NCBI GenBank assembly: GCA_965235115.1
Contig: OZ249442.1
Location: 18,786,001-18,850,000, forward strand
From: Laetmonice hystrix
Taxonomy: Eukaryota
Reading direction: 5' to 3'
Length of the DNA: 64,000 nt
This document shows, piece after piece, positions 60,011 to 64,000 of this stretch (within the stretch, counting starts at the first letter, position 1; each line of letters begins with the position of its first letter). The notes beneath the pieces are model-generated. The model ran no database searches and was not told the origin of the DNA. It saw only the letters and a program-made list of their open reading frames with translations. The translations under genes were made by a program, and so were the position numbers.

Positions 60011-63000
60011 TTGCCGGGTGAATCATCATCAGTGGACTAATCACACATGGACAGTTTGATTGTGGCGACACTCCACATATGGCTTAGATCACTGTGAGCT
60101 GGATGCAGGCTTCCCACAAACCCGATAACCTCTTCTGTATTGTCTGAGACCATTGTCTCCGCTGGGTGCCACAGGAAAATAATGTCTCATATAGAAGGGT
60201 AACAAGAGGGAGGTGACCCAGTTGTCGAAGCAGCAATCCCAAAGGTAATCAGGTCCATCATTCTGGGGGATTTCTTCATTATTCATGTGACAGTCACAGC
60301 TTACCGGAGGTGCCATGAGAACTCCCTATCCCCCCCGCCCCTCTCCAATGAGAAAAGGAAAGCTCTGGAGTTTCCCTCACCATCGTGATAAGAGTGACCA
60401 GAAATAAAGGTTTCCATTTAAATGTCCCTCAATTAATAGTCTCTGGCTACAAGCTGATCTTAGAACTAGGGGAAAACAGCTATATGATAAAAGCAGGTTT
60501 CATCTACAAATGGTTTCTTTGTACGTCGGAAATGTTTTTCTTCATCATAATTCGTTGATGCCTTTTATCTCTTGCTGTAATACTATGTAGATCCTTCGGC
60601 AGCACTCGTACCTATGTTTTCTTTACAAAATATCGTGGCAATGCTGCTATACATTGTTCAAGGTTATGAAAAATGAAGTTCTTTTATTCTAAAGTAAAGA
60701 ATTTTCATATTACTACTATTGGTGCAGATGAAAAGAGAATTTATGCGTGTATCTATATGTAGAATAAAGTGGAGGCATGGTGGCGGGTATGTTAACTGAG
60801 AGACGATGGTTGGTTGGGGTGGTGAGATGTACAGGGACACTGGCCTGTAAATCAAGGCGATCGTCGTGTAGATGTGAGCGTGGTAATCTGGCCCATCCAT
60901 GGACAGTGTACACTGTACAGACAGTGCCCTCCAGCCCAACGCTACCCGCCCTTCCTCTCCCGCACATCTCAGCCTACACCACCACCATACACCACCTCCA
61001 AATATTAATTACTCCCTCTGCCATGTGCCGCAAATAATGAGATGCAGAGGCAGGAATTAACATGGTCTGTGATCCCCGCGCCGTTTGTGAGGAGGGAAGC
61101 CCCAGTCCACACCGCGCCACCCACCTACCCCATACTGGTCAGCACTGCAAACATTTACTCCTGTCATATCCTCAGCCGTCGAGCATCATGATAATTCTAT
61201 ATTTTTTTTCTCCCTAATCGTCATTATGTATTTGGTGTATAAACGGTGTGATTGGTGCGAGCATAGCATGCTGGGCCCGTGTCAGTCTGTGCTGACCCTG
61301 TCGTGCCGGGGCGAGCGCGGCCACAGCACTAGAACAAGTCGCTGCAGCCTAACCTTCAGTCAAGTTAATTACTGGTCGATAATTAGGACACCGCCTGTGG
61401 TTTTTTCCTTCGATGGCTGCAGCACGGGGGCTGATTAGAGCTGTGGCTGCTATAAAAACGGGGCTCTGGCTTCAATCACCATTACTGGTGGTGACCATAG
61501 GGCCACCACACCCCCACACACATAGCCTGCAGCAGTCCATGATGGACACGGCCCTAGCCGTGTAAATCCCACAGCCCCACGCCTGAAACAATGGCCGCTC
61601 TCAACCACACATTACACCTCCACACATCTCCCTCCACCAAATTCTCTACACTGACCACTTCCAGTAAAACATTACAATTTATAGGAAAGTTGATCAGGAC
61701 TCTTGTTTGAAACTCACAACGTTCATATCAGCAAAGAGCGACCATTGTACTGACAGCAAGAGCAGAAATCTTTATGAGAGGAATGGTATTGATTTTGTGA
61801 AGTCATGGACTTTTTGTGCCTCTTCATTAATGTCACCTTTACTGAGCCATGCATTATTTATTGTGTGGTACACTATGTTATACCTTGGGTACTGGAAAAT
61901 GATCTACGAATCATTGAGCAACTTTTTTGATGCCGTTTCTATTTCCTTTGTTTTCTCTTTAAGCTCGCCTCAGTTAAAAAGAAAGCATTCGCTACTACCT
62001 GCCACCTCACCTGTCTCAGCCAGGTAATTATTCCGGCCTTTATCCGCCTCATGAACGGTAACATGATAGGAGGGCACACTCTAGTTTTATTTTTGCCACA
62101 GTCCTCGTTTTTCTGCCACTCTTCTTCTACATCTGTAAATGTCATGCCAGGTCATCTTAATACCATCATGAGAGGGATAAATTTTAAAAGGGTTAAAAAA
62201 ACAGGCACACACGACCAAATTACCTTGAATTGGGGTGGGTGGGTGGGGGGTTGATGATCACACTAATCACAGTATTTGTGTATTCATATCTCATTGTTTT
62301 GTAGTCAATATGTATTAGATGTGGACGTGTGTCTTAGTTGGATTTCTGATTCCAAGGTCGACCTGTGTATGTTTCCTACTTAACATGTTGGAGCAGATTA
62401 ACGGGTGGAGCAGATTCCACATGGCTGACCCGGCCTGATAATCCTAAGGACGGCCTATCCAGCCTGCCCCCGCCCCCCGACCTTACCCCCCCCCCCCCGG
62501 CCCGGACTGTCTGCTGCAGCACTGTGTCCCCTCGCAGGCCAGCGGTGATGCTCATGTCAGAGACTGGCGATGGCAATGTCGGCCATTTTATCTGGCTGCG
62601 TCACCTCTCTGGCCAAGTTAATTAGTGTAGAAGGATGATTGATCACGGAGCAGCAGCCGGAGCAGCACCTCAGCCTCTTGGCCCGCCAAATATGGCCAGC
62701 ACCACCGACCGACACAACCTTACAGATGCTGCAACCCGCAATCTGAAGTCTCTTGCCAGTCAGTGGCGGAAAAGGAGCATTATTTTGTATTCAGTTTCAA
62801 AGGAAAGGCTTCGTTTGAAACGTGTGAATATGGTATTCTTGATGAAAACGTTTGAGAACTTAAAGGTTGGGGTGAATTCTTATCTGAGTTGAAGGGGACT
62901 TTTATTGGGGGTTATTCAACAGAAGAGGCTGAGGCCCGGCTGAACCCCATGTACCTGCAGGTACTCCAGGTTAAATCAATACAATTTCGGTTAAACTAAA

Positions 63001-64000
63001 GGGTTTGGGAAGTGGTTTCAGATGCTTGTGTCTCGGCTTCAGTAAACCTTAGTCAGTCGGCAGAGATTAATAAACCGATACGTGTATTCTAACTGGTAAC
63101 GGCAAGTCTATACTCTGAATTCGTCATTTAGGGAGGCAAGTCAACAGACACAACATGAAGACTAGCAAGAAGAGTTTACGGACAGGAGAGACTGCCCCAA
63201 AAAACCTATGTTAAGTTGTTCCTTTGTTTCCAATTAATCAGCCAACACGCAAAAGAGATTTATTTTTCCAGATTTACATTATGACAAACTAATTGGATCA
63301 ACATCTCGAGCCTTCCTTATGTGATGTTATAGTGATTATATGTATATGTAATGTTTATACCCATTAGGAACTTTAACTAGTCCCATTATTGTCTCCGTCT
63401 TTGAGATGAGCTCATTGTGGGAAAACATTTCTTATTCTATCTGATGAGCGCCGGCCCATTTACCGGTATGCGTGTTCAGAGATGAAGAATTCCATATGTT
63501 CTTCCTCATTTAGCTCCATGTTAAAAACACTGCAAGGCTAATCAGAAATATGCATGTTTCATGGTCTGTGACCTATTAACAGTAATTAAAATAGGCATAC
63601 ATTTTCTTAATTACCATATAGTTGAGAGCAAAGAGGTCCATTTTTCTGATGTTACATGTCATAAAATGGATCCATTTTCTTAATTGAATGAACCATCCAC
63701 TAATTAGAACCCCAAGGACATGCCATGTTGACAAAATGCAATTAGTTAATTAGTATTTGAGATCCACATCCTCTGTATGGAACAACCTTGTCTGAAGATG
63801 CTGTTAGATGATTACATTATTTTTTTTTATATTCAAAACCTCTGAGCTTACTTCACGGACACTTGTACCATGATTTTCACTTCAGTAACACCCATCTGTT
63901 CTTCGTTTCTCTGTTATTCTCCCATTCATTTACTAAATAATTCTTTGTTGTACTTTTGACTTAGGGGTTTATCTCGCAAAAAGTATTAAGGGCAAGATAA

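Noticed and set aside
1-64000. Conserved bilaterian miRNAs, snRNAs, rRNA, telomeric arrays
   Set aside because: A search from memory for let-7, miR-1, -9, -10, -31, -87, -124, -133, -375, U1/U2 5' ends and (TTAGGG)n gave only partial seed-length matches. An Infernal/miRBase scan would be needed to exclude them formally.

Overview
Eukaryotic genomic DNA, most likely a bilaterian invertebrate. That call rests on GT-AG splice signals, a tRNA-derived V-type SINE, Helentron-type non-autonomous elements and CTCF-like motifs; the species cannot be determined. Only one protein-coding segment is firmly recognisable: the main CYTH-domain exon of thiamine triphosphatase (THTPA, minus strand, 21107-21644). 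It ends at a GTAGGT donor at the position where I recall human THTPA being split, and I could not find its terminal exon. The rest is intronic or intergenic. It holds four large minisatellites (62, 48, 23 and 30 bp units, three of them packed into 28.4-39.7 kb), a MITE, a SINE, two related Helentron/HINE-like copies, decayed retroelement traces, long G/C tracts and motif-dense GC-richer islands. Nearly all ORFs in the supplied track are spurious: they arise from tandem repeats, GTG/TTG starts or antisense shadows. No CRISPR array, rRNA, true tRNA, known miRNA or intact transposase was found, and nothing here demonstrates a new biological system. The best leads are: (1) a 48-bp array bounded at both ends by inverted copies of its own unit; (2) a TA-to-TACATGTA footprint caught inside a minisatellite, plus window-wide excess of that octamer; (3) a motif shared by neighbouring arrays; (4) a compact three-way-junction fold at 51.6 kb. 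All counts and alignments were done by hand.
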